Below are positions 1 to 14,027 of a DNA stretch of 64,000 nucleotides, one piece after another. Made by a program: the position numbers and the translations under genes. Each line of letters starts with the position of its first letter. The stretch's first letter is position 1. The DNA is from Eledone cirrhosa. Taxonomy: Eukaryota. Below the pieces are notes generated by a model. It ran no database searches and was not told where the DNA came from. It saw nothing but the letters and a program-made list of their open reading frames with translations. The DNA lies in contig OZ024742.1 of the NCBI GenBank assembly GCA_964016885.1, forward strand, positions 88,226,001 through 88,290,000, given 5' to 3'.

Positions 1-3000
1 TCAAGTGAAACTTGAAAAAGTTAATCAGGAATTCGCCGAAGAGGAAAGTGTTTGTCTTTAATCCTTTTAACCTTGTCCACCACACAATCTCTTTCGTCAT
101 GGCCACCAGGCAGATGAAAACCGCCTGCCCTGCCTCCTCAAAGGAACACGGCGAGGCCATCTGCACAATGGACTCAGTCGACAACCGGATCAGTCCCACA
201 CGTGACAGCAACTGTTCGACATAGCTCCACAAGTCAGCAATGCTCGGGCACTGAACGAGTGCGTGCACAACGGTTTCGTCGCTATGCGCGCATCTCGGGC
301 AGAGCTCGGCTGACGGCACTTCCGTGCCTGTAGAGCTTATCTCGAAACGGCAGTGCTCTCCGGTAGCACTGCCAGGCCAGGGATTTTTGGAAGTTATCCA
401 TAGGCCCCGGGCTGAAAGTTCTCCGGAAGAGAGCAAGTAGCTGATCTTCTTCGACGCCCAGGATCTCTCCGAGAACGTCGTCGCTCTTCCCCTCCACTAG
501 TCCTCTATAGAACGCCGAGATGGATGTTCCACCGATACTGGTGCCCAACTGGGAGAGGGCAGTGAGCGCCTGGCGACATTCCAGTTTCCAAGCGCTATCC
601 CTCGGTCTTTTTCTGACCCAGGACTGCAGCTCCGTCAAGGAGACGAGCTGTGCGAAAATGTGCCTGGCGAACGGCAACCACACCCGTTCACCAACAGGGA
701 AGCACCAGAGATATCGCAGCCTCAGCGCATGTTTGCGCATCATCAACCATGGCATGCCCAGTCCTCCACGCAACGGGTGTTGACAGCAGATGGACCGTCT
801 GACCATCGGAGCGCGTTCCTTCCACAAAAAGCGGAAGAGGAGGCGCTCCATTTTGGTGAGAGTTGGCCTGGAGCAAGGGACGACGGTGAGGCGGTAGCAG
901 ATGACAGATGCGATGTACGCATTCCCCACTTCCGCCCGGCCTTTCAGGGACAGCTTCCTCTCAGCCCATTTCTGGGTGAGGGAGGCCACCCTGCTCGTCA
1001 CCTCGTTCCCATTTTTCTCCATCTGGAGGTCCGGTCCGAACCAGACCACGAGCAATTTAACCGGTCCGTCCGTCCAACGCCCCACGACGCTGTCGGACGG
1101 CATGGACTTGCCTCTCCAGGTGCCTAGCTGCAAGCCCACCGACTTTTCCTGGTTTATCTTTGCTCCTGTCACCGTTTCGTATTCCTTGAGAGCGGTGCCG
1201 AGCATCTGGACGTGTCTGGTGCTCGACACCACCACGGTGTCGTCGTCAGCGTAAGCCGACTCGGATTTCCCGCATCCTAATTCGCATGGGACGCCCCTCA
1301 TCGCCCCCAGTTTGTGCAGTAACGGCTCGAGAGCCAATACGTACAAGAGGGACGAGAGGGGACAACCCTGGCGGACTGAGCGCATGATGCTGAATGGCTG
1401 CGACAGGTGACCGTTCACCCTCACAACTGGGCAGATGTCGTTGTACATCGCTGCGATGCAACGCCTGAAAACGGGCCCGAAACCGGCTGCCTCGAGGACC
1501 GCCGCCAGGTACCGATGGTCGACCTTATCGAATGCTTTGGATTGATCCAAGTTGATCAGGGCCCCACCATGGCCAGGTTCCTTAACCACCCTCTCTATGA
1601 TGTATCGCATGAGGTGGAGGTTGTCGTGTATGGATCTGTTTCGGGATGGCGCATATCTGCCCCTCTCCCACCAGACACTTGACGACAAGCGCCAACCTCG
1701 TTGGTAATACCATGGCCAAAATCTTGAACTCTGCGTTTAGCAGGGTTATGGGCCTGAAATTATCAATAACATCCCCCTTGTTCGGGTCTCTTCTCAGCAG
1801 CTGCACAGCTCCCCGGCTCACAAAACTGGGAATGCTCACGTTCTGCTGCCAGTTGCAGTAGACGTCTGCCAAGAGGTCACCGAACAAGTCTGGCATAAAT
1901 CCATAAAGCTCGTAGAGCAGACCATCTAAACCTGGCGATTTACCTCTTGTGCACAAGTTAGCCATCGCTTCCCGTATTTCACCGGCTGTTATTGGCTTTT
2001 CGCAACACTGTGCTGCAGTCGTCGAGGGCCGAGGCAGTCCGTCGAGGTATGCACCTAAGTCCATGTCCCGATCCGGGCCGCCGCCGCTCCGAACAGTTCA
2101 GCAAAGTGCTGCTGAAAAGCTTCTCACATCCGCTCAGGTTCGAGCATCACGCACCCGTTTTGGTCAGACAAAGACCCAATTGTGGCTTTATTGCCACGTC
2201 GCGCCTCTGCCACTCGGGCCCATTGGACGGCTTTTGTCCCCTCATGTTTCAGAGCACGCGATCTAGCTCTGACAACGCAGCCTTCGTGTTTTGCGTTGAA
2301 GAATTGGTCGAGTGCCAATCTCGCCGCAAGCACGTCGGTTGCGATGCCTGTCGTAAACGCCTCTTCTAGCTTTCTGACTAGCTCTCCCTCTACTGTATTT
2401 TCCTCTATCACTACTCCTTTGCTAAACCTAATCGACACTACTTTAATTGCTCTTTTCAGGGCGAACCACCACCTGTCGTTGACGACCGCTCCCGTCAGCG
2501 CCCGCTTAACTAATACGCTAATCCCGTCTCTGTAGGCCTTGCGCGCCGGGATAGACGCGTTCAGCTTCCAGTAACCAGGCCCTTGTCTATGAAGTCTGTC
2601 TATGTCGATCTCACAGATCACAAATTTGTGGTCTGTGTAGTCGACTATTTTAAATTGTGGACAACTTATACTAGCCTTATCTAGTTCCCTGCAGAATACC
2701 CTATCTAGATACGATCTGGATGACCCGATGCGGTTTTTCTATGTGCACATTGGCACATTCGGGTGATCCAGTCGATACCTGTCAGACAGTTCAAAACGTC
2801 TGAGCAGATTGGTGAGGCTCTTGAATCCTTCTCCCCTATCCACTAGCCCCACACGATCCCAGCGTGCATCCAAGATACCGTTCGAGTCGCCCACTAACAC
2901 TAAAGAGCGGGACGTTCCAAGAAAGGTCTCTAACGTCTGAAGAAATCTGAAAGTCCTGCCCTTGTTGGGGCATAGACGGCTACTAACCTGAAAGCATTGC

Positions 3001-3339
3001 CTTCGCTGCCGCTCACGTCCAGCACAACCGACTTACCTTCTGAGTCCAGAAAGATGGCCCGTATCGCGAGATCCAAGCCTCTCCGAAAAAGGACGGCAAA
3101 CCCCACGATCCTGGACGGCTGGGAGATGCGTATACATCGTAGCCGCCGAAGATCGGTGCGAAGGCCCGTGCCTCTGAGATTCTGGTTTCACTGATAGCCA
3201 CCACATCTATGTTTAGTGACCTGGGGTCATTGAGCAGGTGACCCTGCTTCCAAGATGAGCCCATGCCACGTGCATTTATACTGCCTATCCTGAGTACAGC
3301 CAGGTTGGATGAGGAACGGGGCAAATGAGAAAGGGTCAC
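1..3339 (-). pseudogene. ORF2 (APE endonuclease + reverse transcriptase), frameshifted
   Basis: IGSINARG..ISET (APE), GPGYWKLN, KSPGLDGL, NFRPITLLN, LDQSKAFD, VRQGCPLS, AYADD, spread over several frames. Confidence 0.93.
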
Positions 3340-5312
3340 TTACCTTGTTCGTGTGGTGAAGGGGCAGTAGAACCGTCCCTTTCGCTCGTCATGTGTTTCC
3401 AAGAGGATGTCAGTGTATATCCTCTTGGTAACCGTCCCTCTGAAGTCTCCAACTGCGTTGGGGAATTTTTGTTTTAAAGGTTTGTATTGTTCTAATGAGA
3501 TTTCGATGATGCTTATGTTTGGTCGGGAATGTTCTTGGTGTTGGCGGGGTGTAGTAGTTTTTTTTCCGTGATGTCTGTGTGCTGCTTTATATATTTTGTG
3601 AGTTCTTTTTTTGCTATGTTTATGGCTGTGTACTTTTTGGGGGGAGCGGTGATTTTGTTGCCGTTTTCTTCTTGTTGCTATTTGGTGGGTGTGTCTTGTT
3701 GTGTTTGCGTTGTTGGTGTTTGTGGTGGTGTTGCTGCAAGTTTCCTTGCTGCATTTACCCCTCTTTGTATACCTTCGCTTTTGGAGGGTGAATGTAAGGA
3801 TTTTTTTCTTTTATGTTTTTTTGTGGCAGACTGTTTGCCACGTCACTCCCGCCTCAAACACCATGTCGGATTCTGTGGGGTTTGGGAGGTGTATATGCGC
3901 CACGGCTGTTAGTGGTGGTAGTGGAGCCCTCTTCGGCAATTTTGTTGCTTGTGTAGCTATTTCAAATGTAGCTATTGGCGTTGCCGCTACTGATGATGCT
4001 GCTTTAGTTATCCGTGGCCTTGGTACGGGTGCTACGGACGTTGCCCTCCTACTCACCGTGGAAGGGGCTTCTTCGTTTGTTGCCTGTCCTGCCCTTGCTA
4101 GCAGCGGACCAGGTATTGGAAGGAGAGGGGCCTTCTTCGGTGTCTTCTGCGGGCAAAAGGCCCTGAGGTGACATTTTGACCCACAGAGATAACATTTTGG
4201 CCGTCTTGTTTCTACACTTATAGGGAGTTGGAGTCCTTCCTCGAAGTCTATGATATCGGGGATATCCTCGATACATTCCTGGTCAGTTTGTATAAGCATT
4301 TGTATGCCTATACCTGAGCAGTTCTCTCTCCCTATTTTTTCTACTTGCAGCATGGTCGCCCTCTTCTCAATTCCAGCATGGACAGACGCGGCCAGCCAAG
4401 GTATGGGCACGTCGGGTGGGACCTGGGTCACTTTGACCCTCACCATTTTCTGCCCGCAGTAGGAGGGCACCAAGAATAACTCCTCACTCTTTAGGGTTTC
4501 CAAAGAGTGAGACTTTGCTTCCTGGGGAGTGGCGAAAAGTACGTCTACTGTGGCGTACTTTATGCCTCGGGTGATGTGGGTTTTGCGTGCTCAGACGCAC
4601 CCCAAGGCCTTTTGGATGTGAGCTTCCGTGGCTCTCTCCACTCGATGTGAGATTTTGCTTACGGTGCGGTAAATCACCGTCCGTAGCTGCTGGTCCTTGA
4701 AAAAATCGGGTGGAGGTTTCAGGGAAACTCTATTTGCGCTTCTTGTCACCATGGCCCTTGCGACTGCCATCTCCTCCTCTGTGACTAACACTGTCTCGAT
4801 ATTTCGGGCGACACCTGCAAAAGAAGTGGTCCCTTCTTCTGCAGCACCACTATTGCTGTCGCTACTGGTCTTACTGGTGGTACTGAGGTCGCTATTACAG
4901 GTATCGGTGTCATTGTTGTTGTTTTCGCTGGTACAGTTGTTGGTGTTGTTGTTGTTGTTTTCGTTGATACTGTTGCTGCTGTTTCAGTTATTGTGGCTGT
5001 TGTTATTATTGTTGTTTTTGTTGATACTATTCCTACTATTATTGTTGTTCTGGCTGTTGTTACTGTCGTTCTCGACGTTACCGCTGTTATTTTTGTTATT
5101 GTCGTTCTCGACCTTAACGCTGTTATTTTTGTATTGTCGTTCTCGACTTTACCGCTGTTATTTTTGGTGTTGTTGTTGGTGATGTTGTTGGTGTTATTGT
5201 TGGTGTTGTTTGTGTTAGAAATATTTGTTAATTTTAAATCTGTAACAATCTGTTTTCCTTTGTAATATTTTCGTTTATATTTACCTCCGCTGGAAAGCTG
5301 TCTTGTTGACAT
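3340..5312 (-). pseudogene. ORF1 gag-like protein with Thr/Asn-rich N-terminus and CCHC zinc knuckle, disrupted
   Basis: CYLCGSKCHLRAFC in ORF 3811-4503. Segments 4591-4791 and 3811-4503 are homologous to the ORF1 at 60899-61799. Confidence 0.82.
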
Positions 5313-5591
5313 GCTGATAAAGTCTCCCTCTCTCAGTGTTGTCTGACAGCGCTCTCTCTCTTTTTTGTGTTATCCATGTTGAAATTTTTCAAAAAGTATT
5401 TTTACACAAATACGAATACGACACCCCGTAAAGGGGTGCCGTATTATTTACTAGTGAACTCCTGTATTAATTGGGTCACTTCTTCTAAACTTTTATCAAA
5501 TTTAAAACTTGAATAAAAGGTTTAGAACGGTTGAAAAAGAGGTAAAACGTTGAAAAAGACTGGAGGCTATAAGAAGCGTGGCTTCACCAGC

Positions 5592-5649
<58 letters not shown>
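5592..5649. repeat. (AAT)n microsatellite between Tx1 5' end and Dong 5' truncation
   Basis: Perfect trinucleotide run. Confidence 0.97.
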
Positions 5650-5650
<1 letters not shown>

Positions 5651-7857
5651 AGACTGATAACCTGCTTGACCACAATGTATAAAATTTTAACATCAGTCCT
5701 AACTGAATAACATATGACCACCTGATAACAAATGACTTATTTCCCATTGAGCAGAAAGGGTGTAAACGAGGCTCATATGGCTGTAAGGATCAGCTTCTGG
5801 TTAACAAAATGATACTGGAAGATTGTCATAATAGACACAAAAATCTATCGATTGTTTGGATAGATTATAAAAAAGCATTTGATAGTTTGCCACACAGTTG
5901 GATTGAAAAATGTTTAGAAATTTTCAAAATATCCCCCGTTGTCAGGAGGTTTTTGTCATTCAGTATGAGGACATGGAGAACGACACTCCTTTTGAATAGA
6001 GAAACAAAATCACTGGAAGCTGGAGAAGTTAACATTAATTGTGGAATTTTTCAGGGTGATTCTTTATCACCGCTTTTATTCTGCATCGCGCTTATACCAT
6101 TAAGTAAAATGCTCAATGAAACAAAACATGGATATAGAGTCTATGACAAAACCATTAATCACCTGTTCTACATGGATGACCTGAAACTATTTGCAAAAAA
6201 TGACGAACAATTGCAAGGGCTTTTATCCACTGTGAAGCAGTTCAGTGATGACATTAAAATGGAGTTTGGACTAGATAAATGCGCCAAAGCAACGTTCACC
6301 AGAGGAAAGCTGCTGAAGAGTTCAGACATTAATCTTGATCGGGGGAACGTGATAAGAGAGCTTGATCAAGAACAAACTTACAAATATCTAGGTGTTTGTG
6401 AAGGAGACGGAATCAAGCACTCGACAATGAGGGAAAGGATAAGGAAGGAATGTTACCGCAGAGTCAGAGCAATCTTAAGAACGGAATTGAATGCAAGGAA
6501 TAGGATCGATGCCATAAACACGCTTGCCATACCAGTAGTAACCTACAGTTACAATGTCATCAACTGGTCAAGCACAGAGATCCATAGGCTCGATACAAAA
6601 ATCCGAAAATTCTTAACCATGCACAGAATGCATCACCCTAAGGCAGACATAGATAGATTATATCTCCCTAGGAAAGAATGAGGACGTGGGTTAATCCAGT
6701 TAGACATTGCGTTGAAAACTGCAACAATTGGATTATCCACATATCTAAGGGAATCACATGATTGGATGATCAAACTCGTTTTGAAACACGAAAGCACCAA
6801 AAGATCATATTCCATTACAAAAGATGCACAAAGATACGGTAATGGACTACACATTTCAGAAGTCCCATTTACTGCTGAAATGGAAAACACAGAAAAAGCA
6901 AAGCAGGTAAAAGTAACTGCAAAGAAAGAACTGCTACAGAAACTGGCTAAGAAATGGCAAGAAAAGCCTCTGTATGGAAAATATCCAGAGCGAGCTAACA
7001 ATCCTGATGTTGACAAAACTTTAACCCATCAGTGGTTGGCATCCTCTGGACTGAAATCGGAGACTGAAGGACTGATTATATCCGCACAAGATCAGTGTAT
7101 GCCAACAAAAAATTACCAAGCCAACATAATAAAAAATGGGTGCAGCCCATTATGCCGTGTATGCAAAAAACAACCAGAGACCATTGACCATATAATTTCA
7201 ATGTGCAGTCCTATAGCTCCAACCGAATACCTAAACAGGCATGACAGAGCTGCACAATACATACATTGGAAAATGTGTAAGCATTTTGACCTGCCCCATC
7301 AAAAGAATTGGTGGGAGCATCAACCACCTCCCATACTTGAAAAAGATCACATCTCAATCTTGTGGAACTTTAGCATCCAAACAGACCGAAAAATAGATGC
7401 AAATAGACCTGATATAATATTGAAGGACTTTCAAAGGAGGGTATGCCTGCTAATTGATATGTCTGTTCCAATAGACAAGAATGTATCTATAAAAACATTT
7501 GAAAAATTGAGCAAGTATAAGGACCTGGAGATAGAAATTGGAAAAATGTGGAAATTGAGAACTAAAACAATACCAGTGGTTGTAGGCGCTCTGGGAATGG
7601 TACCTAAGGGGTCTAACGACTACTTATCGCAAATCCCAGGAAACCCGCGTATATGAGAAATACAAAAGATAGTACTAATGGGAACTGCCCATATACTAAG
7701 GAAGATCCTGTCAATATAAGTACATCACAAATCTAAACACTAAGGATGCATGTGTGAATATGTATGTTCTTTCTTGAACATGGCGGACCTTGTTGTCTCT
7801 TGAGGTCACTGGTTGTGACTTGGTGATAACTCGTATAAACATAAAGCAAGATAAATG
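5650..7857 (+). mobile_element. R4/Dong-clade non-LTR retrotransposon (RT + CCHC + restriction-like endonuclease), 5'-truncated
   Basis: QKGC..CKDQLL, IDYKKAFDS, QGDSLSPLLF, YMDD, CRVC..HIISMC, RHD, RPD..LID..K. In-frame stops at about 6679 and 7654; ORF ends at 7719. Flanked by (TAA)n on both sides. Confidence 0.92.
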
Positions 7858-7889
7858 ATGATAATAATAATAATAATAATAATAATAAT
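7858..7889. repeat. (AAT)n microsatellite joining Dong 3' end to Tx1 3' end
   Basis: Trinucleotide run. Confidence 0.95.
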
Positions 7890-10221
7890 GTTTTCTTTAT
7901 TAACCACAAGGGTTTACATAAAGTAGACATTAAGGACAGTACAGGACAATACAGGGCGGTACAAATGGGCATTTCTGCGTGTAAAAAACGTAGGTTGAAA
8001 TAAAATAACAAAGAAAAATTCCCCAATAGGGGGGAGACTTCCGAGGGACATTTGTGGAGAAGCCCATTAAAAGACCACAGTGGCCCTGACCACCAGGGCA
8101 AGTACCCTCTCCCAGTTTTCCACCTTTAATTTACAGACACATACTCAGAGAAGGCCCATTCATTCGGGCCATACTTGCTTCTCTCACCCATCTTTCAACA
8201 AAATGCTGGGAAGAGAGCACTTCCCTCTCTACCCTGATTTTCCTTTTCAAATGAAATTTGAAAAAGTTAATCAGGGCATCACCGAAGAGGTAAGTGCTCG
8301 TCTTCAGCCCTTTCAAACGTGTCCACCATACTATCTCTTTCGCCATGGCCACCAGACAGATAAAAACTGCCTGCCCTTCCCGGCTAAAGGAAGGGGGCGG
8401 GGCAATCCTCACGATGGACTCAGCTGATAGCTGGATCCGTCCTAGACGTGACAGCAGGTGTTCGACATAAACCCACAAGTCAGCAATGCTCGGACACTGG
8501 ACGAGTGCGTGCAGGACGGTTTCGTCGCCCTGCGCGCATCTCGGACATTCCCGGCTGACGGCACCTCAATGCCTGTAGAGTTTATACCGAACTGGCAAAG
8601 CTCCTCGGTAGCACTACCAGGCCAGGGATTTCTGGAAGTTGTCCATAGGCCCCGGCCCGAAAGTCCTTCCGAAGAGATTGGCTAGTTGATTTTCGTCGAC
8701 GCCTAGAGTTTCTCCAAGTATGTCGTCGCTCTTCCCCTCCAGTAATCCCCTATAGAACGCCAAGATGGAGTTTCCACCGATCACATTGCTTGATTGGTCG
8801 AGGGCTGTGAGCGCCTGAAGACATTCCAGTCTCCAAGCGCTCCCTCTCGGTCTTCGCTTGACCCAGGACTGCAGCTCCGTCAAGGAGACGAGCTGGGGGA
8901 AGACGTGTCTAGCAAACGGCGACCACACCTGATCACCGTCGAGGAAGAGGTGGAGATGTCGTAGCCTGAGCGCGTGTCTGCGCATCATCAGCCACGGCAT
9001 TCCCAGCCCTCCACGTAGCGGGTGTTGACAGCAGATGGACCGCCTGACCATCGGAGCGCGTCCCTTCCACAAGAAGCGAAACAGCAAACGCTCCAGCGCA
9101 GTCAGGCGGGGCTTGGACAAGGTACGACGGTCAGGCGGTAGTAGATGATGGATGCGATGTACGCATTCGCCACCTCCGCTCGACCTTTCAGGGATAGCTT
9201 CTTATCGGCCCATTTCTGGGTGAGAGAAGCCACCCTGCTGGTCACCTCGTCCCAGTTTTTGTCCGTCTGGAGGTCTGGACCGAACCAGACCCCTAGTAAT
9301 TTAACCGGTCCGTTCGTCCAGCGCCCGACGACGCTGTTGGACGGCATGGACCTGCCTCACCAGGTGCCGAGCTGCAGGCCCACTGACTTTTCCTGGTTGA
9401 TCATTGCTCCTGTCACCGCTTCTTATTCTCTTAGTGTAGTGCCGATCGCCTCGATGTGTTTGTCGTTCGACACCACTACGGTGACATCGTCGGCATATGC
9501 TGACACGGATCTTCCGCATCCTAGTTCGGGCGGGACCCCCCTCAACGTCTCCAGTTTGTGCAGTAATGGCTCGAGAGTCAATACGTACAATAGGGACGAG
9601 AGGGGACATCCTTGGCGGACCGAGCGCATAATGTTGAACGGTTCCGAACGGTGACCGTTCACTCTCACTACAGAGCAGATGTCGCTGTGCATGGCAGCGA
9701 TCCAGCCTCTGAAGACGGGCCCAAAGTCAGCCGCCCTCAGTACTGCCGCTAGGTAACGATGGTCGACCCTATCGAAGGCTTTCGATTGATCTAAATTGAT
9801 CAAAGACCCACCCTTGCCAGGTTCCCTAGCTACCCTCTCTACGATGTATCGCATGAGGTGGAGGTTGTCGTGGATGGATCTATCGGGAATGGCGCATGTC
9901 TGTGCCTCTCCCACCAGACCACCAACGACAAGCGATAACCTCTTTGCTAGCACCTTGGCCAAAATCTTGAACTCTGTGTTTAGCAGAGTTATGGGCCAAA
10001 AATTATCTATGTTATCCCCCTTGTTCGGATCCATTCTCAGCAGCGCCACCGCTCCTCGGCTCACAGAGCTGGGAATTCTCCCGTTCTGTTGCCAGTTGCA
10101 GTAGACGTCCGCCAAGAGGCCTCCGAACAAGTTTGGCATTTGTACGTAAAGTTCATAGGGCAGACCATCCAAACCAGGCGATTTACCCCTTGTGCAACTA
10201 GTCATTGCATCCCGTACTTCA
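7890..10221 (-). mobile_element. Tx1-clade LINE copy 2, 5'-truncated at start of RT
   Basis: RT motifs in ORF 9423-10328, C-terminal CPRC zinc finger, and 3' UTR ending GGTTAATAAAGAAAAC-(ATT)n. Confidence 0.93.
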
Positions 10222-10692
10222 ATTTGATTGGTCCACATGACCTCTACCGACCAATCAAAATTGTTTTGACCAAGAATTTTTGCTGGAGCAACTTTTTTAA
10301 CATAAAAACAGTCTTGGCACAAAATCAACTTTTTACATTCACATGACCTCTACCGACCAATCAAAATTGTTTTGACCACAAGCATTTTTGCAACACAAAA
10401 ATAAAGCTGGAGCCACTTTTTTAACATAAAAACAGGTAGAATTCCCAAAACTAATCAGATCAGAGCAAACAGCACGGAAACTCAATCTCAAAATTATTTT
10501 TGAAAAGCATTTAGAAATGCGCAACCGGTAAAATCTTAAAAACTTAAAACCACAACTGAATACTAACCCATACAATCACTAATACTCTTTTATTCCTAAT
10601 TAAACCATTTTTCAACTGTGAACAATTTGTCAGCATTTTCTATTCCGTTTACCAATATATATAACTTGTGTGTTACACCTCTATTCTTTTAA
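10222..10692. repeat. Non-coding segment with imperfect 106-124 bp tandem duplication; possible PLE terminal/promoter fragment
   Basis: CACATGACCTCTACCGACCAATC occurs at 10234 and 10340. Shares GATTGGTCCA and CTGGAGCCACTTTT with the pLTR at 39367. Confidence 0.5.
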
Positions 10693-10714
10693 CTATATAT
10701 ATATATATATATAT

Positions 10715-12921
10715 ACAATTAAGTTAAAAATGTACATCTACATATGCATACTGAAATACTAGTATGCATATGAATACACACACGTATACATATGTAGATG
10801 TACCAAGTCTTTCACTGGTTACTTTACTGTGAGTATCCAGCTATTCTGTATGTAAACACACAGACAAACCGGTTTTTAGAGTCATACTGGTTTTTGAGGA
10901 AACACCTTTCCTCTATTCTCCAGAAAGCCAGACAAGGAATATTGAACTAGTTTCGTTGTTGTTACAACTCATCAGCAATATTCACCTATCTACCGGCCTT
11001 TCTGGAGAATCGTAAAAGCACATATCGTTATATGCTTTTTCTATGAAAATTGGTAGTGGGCAGACTAATTTGCATAGAGTGTGAGTACGTACCAGTTCAA
11101 CGGAGACGATAAAAACAAATAACGAAACGAAATTAAATTTCGTTTCGTTTGTAACTCACTTTTGTATGACTGACGCTTAAACAATTAAGTTAAAAATGTA
11201 CATCTACATATGCATACTGAAATACTAGTATGCATATGAATACACACACGTATACATATGTAGATGTACCAAGTCTTTCACTTGTTACTTTACTGTGAGT
11301 ATCCAGCTATTCTGTATGTAAACACACAGACAAACCGGTTTTTAGAGTCATACTGGTTTTTGAGGAAACACCTTTCCTCTATTCTCCAGAAAGCCAGACA
11401 AGGAATATTGAACTAGTTTCGTTGTTGTTACAACTCATCAGCAATATTTATCTATCTACCGGCCAGTCATACAAAGTGAGTTACAAACGAAACGAAATTT
11501 AATTTCGTTTCGTTATTTGTTTTTATCGTCTCCGTTGAACCGGTACGTACTCACACTCTATGCAAATTAGTCTGCCCACTACTAATTTTCATAGAAAAAG
11601 CATATAACGATATGTACTTTTACGATTCTCCAGAAAGGCCTGTAGTTAGGTAAATATTGCTGATGAGTTGTAACAACAACGAAACTAGTTCAATATTCCT
11701 TGTCTGGCTTTTTGGAGAATAGAGGAAAGGTGTTTCCTCAAAAACCAGTATGACTCTAAAAACCAGTTTGTCTGTGTGTTTACATACAGAATAGCTGGAT
11801 ACTCACAGTAAAGTAACCAGTGAAAGACTTGGTACATCTACATATGTATACGTGTGTGTATTCATATGCATACTAGTATTTCAGTATGCATATGTAGATG
11901 TACATTTTTAACTTAATTGTTTAAGCGTTAGTCATACAAAAGTGAGTTACAAACGAAACGAAATTTAATTTCGTTTCGTTATTTGTTTTTATCGTCTCCG
12001 TTGAACCGGTACGTACCCACACTCTATGCAAATTAGTCTGCCCACTACTAATTTTCATAGAAAAAGCATATAACGATATGTGCTTTTACGATTCTCCAGA
12101 AAGGCCGGTAGATAGGTAAATATTGCTGATGAGTTGTAACAACAACGAAACTAGTTCAATATTCCTTGTCTGGCTTTCTGGTGAATAGAGGAAAGGTGTT
12201 TCCTCACAAACCAGTATGACTCTAAAAACCGGTTTGTCTGTGTGTTTACATACAGAATAGCTGGATACTCACAGTAAAGTAACCAGTGAAAGACTTGGTA
12301 CATCTACATATGTATACGTGTGTGTATTCATATGCATACTAGTATTTCAGTATGCATATGTAGATGTACATTTTTAAATTAATTGTTTAAGCGTCAGTCA
12401 TACAAAAGTGAGTTACAAACGAAACGAAATTTAATTTCGTTTCGTTATTTGTTTTTATCGTCTCCATTGAACCGGTACGTACTCACACTCAATGCAAATT
12501 AGTCTGCCCACTACTAATTTTCATAGAAAAAGCATATAACGATATGTGCTTTTACGATTCTCCAGAAAGGCCGGTAGATAGGTAAATATTGCTGATGAGT
12601 TGTAACAACAACGAAACTAGTTCAATATTTCTTGTCTGGCTTTCTGGAGAATAGAGGAAAGGTGTTTCCTCAAAAACCAGTATGACTCTAAAAACCGGTT
12701 TGTCTGTGTGTTTACATACAGAATAGCTGGATACTCACAGTAAAGTAACCAGTGAAAGACTTGGTACATCTACATATGTATACGTGTGTGTATTCATATG
12801 CATACTAGTATTTCAGTATGCATATGTAGATGTACATTTTTAACTTAATTGTTTAAGCGTCAGTCATACAAAAGTGAGTTACAAACGAAACGAAATTTAA
12901 TTTCGTTTCGTTATTTGTTTT
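10715..12921. mobile_element. HHR tandem array A (466-bp unit), fold-back: 10715-11464 minus sense, 11465-12921 plus sense
   Basis: Unit starts at 10715/11181 and 11465/11930/12396/12862. One HHR per full unit. (TA)n on both flanks. Confidence 0.92.
11653..11697 (+). ncRNA. Type I hammerhead ribozyme, family A (also + 12119-12163, 12585-12629; - 10938-10982, 11404-11448)
   Basis: AATATTG-CTGATGA-GTTGtaacaaCAAC-GAA-ACTAGT-T-CAATATT. Palindromic minimal stem III, GUU cleavage triplet. Confidence 0.88.
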
Positions 12922-13098
<177 letters not shown>

Positions 13099-13701
13099 GT
13101 TGAATGTGCATATATGTATTGCTGAACATGTTAATCTACAGTATCATTTTACGCTACGAATCCTGTTTTATCTGAAGCTGATGAATTCAAATCGAAAACT
13201 GCTTTGAAAATGATATTGAACATTTAACAGTAAGGTTCACAGAACATTATCATCAGTATAGCATTTAAATCTACTAAATAAATTGAAGCTATCCTGCTAG
13301 TGAGTAAATCCTTCAAAAGCCTATTTAAAAGTTATAATTGTAGTAAATACTTATCAACAAGATACTTTTTGGCATTAAAACAGAAATCGAAAATCTTATT
13401 GAAATTTTGCTGATTGCAAAATTCCCAAGAATATATAAAAAAAAATGAATTTAACGAATTAATGAAAAATAGTAACATAAAAAGAAACCTCAAAACGCTA
13501 TTTAATTTTTCGTTTCGAAATACGTTGCCTGAAACATGATTTCATCTATCATTGCTTTCAACACGAACTCAGTCTACAATATATTGAATATAAATTACAG
13601 ATTAACGTTCAAAATATCAAAATATAATCAATTGCCTGTCTTTCTAAGTCTGATCGACATTGATTGTTTCACTCGAATATTTTCGTAACTAAATGAGATT
13701 C

Positions 13702-13776
<75 letters not shown>

Positions 13777-14027
13777 CTTTATATTTTCAATCTAATTTTA
13801 TGTATCCACATGTTTTCATTTTTTATTTTATCTACTGCTAACTGTATATATGAAATGTGCAGGAAGTAAATGGCTTTGGATCGTTATTTTTTATTTATTT
13901 TGATTTTATGATTCGTTTGACATAGCCATCAATATCATTTTCGACGCATTTTTATTCGTACGAACATAATTAAATAATAAAATACTGCTGCGTACAATCT
14001 ATTCTCAGAATGAATCAAATATATTCT

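Larger units (their letters stand above)
1..5591 (-). mobile_element. Tx1/L1-clade non-LTR retrotransposon, copy 1 (intact 5' end, 3' end runs off window)
   Basis: ORF1 with CCHC knuckle, then APE endonuclease and RT. The 5' end (GCTGGTGAAG...) abuts (ATT)n. Confidence 0.93.

Noticed and set aside
520-5265. Plus-strand ORFs, including the Leu/Val-rich pseudo-membrane ORF 4697-5182
   Set aside because: Antisense shadows of Tx1 ORF1 and ORF2.
13174-13205. CTGATGA..GAAA motif
   Set aside because: No convincing stem II, and the cleavage position would be G.
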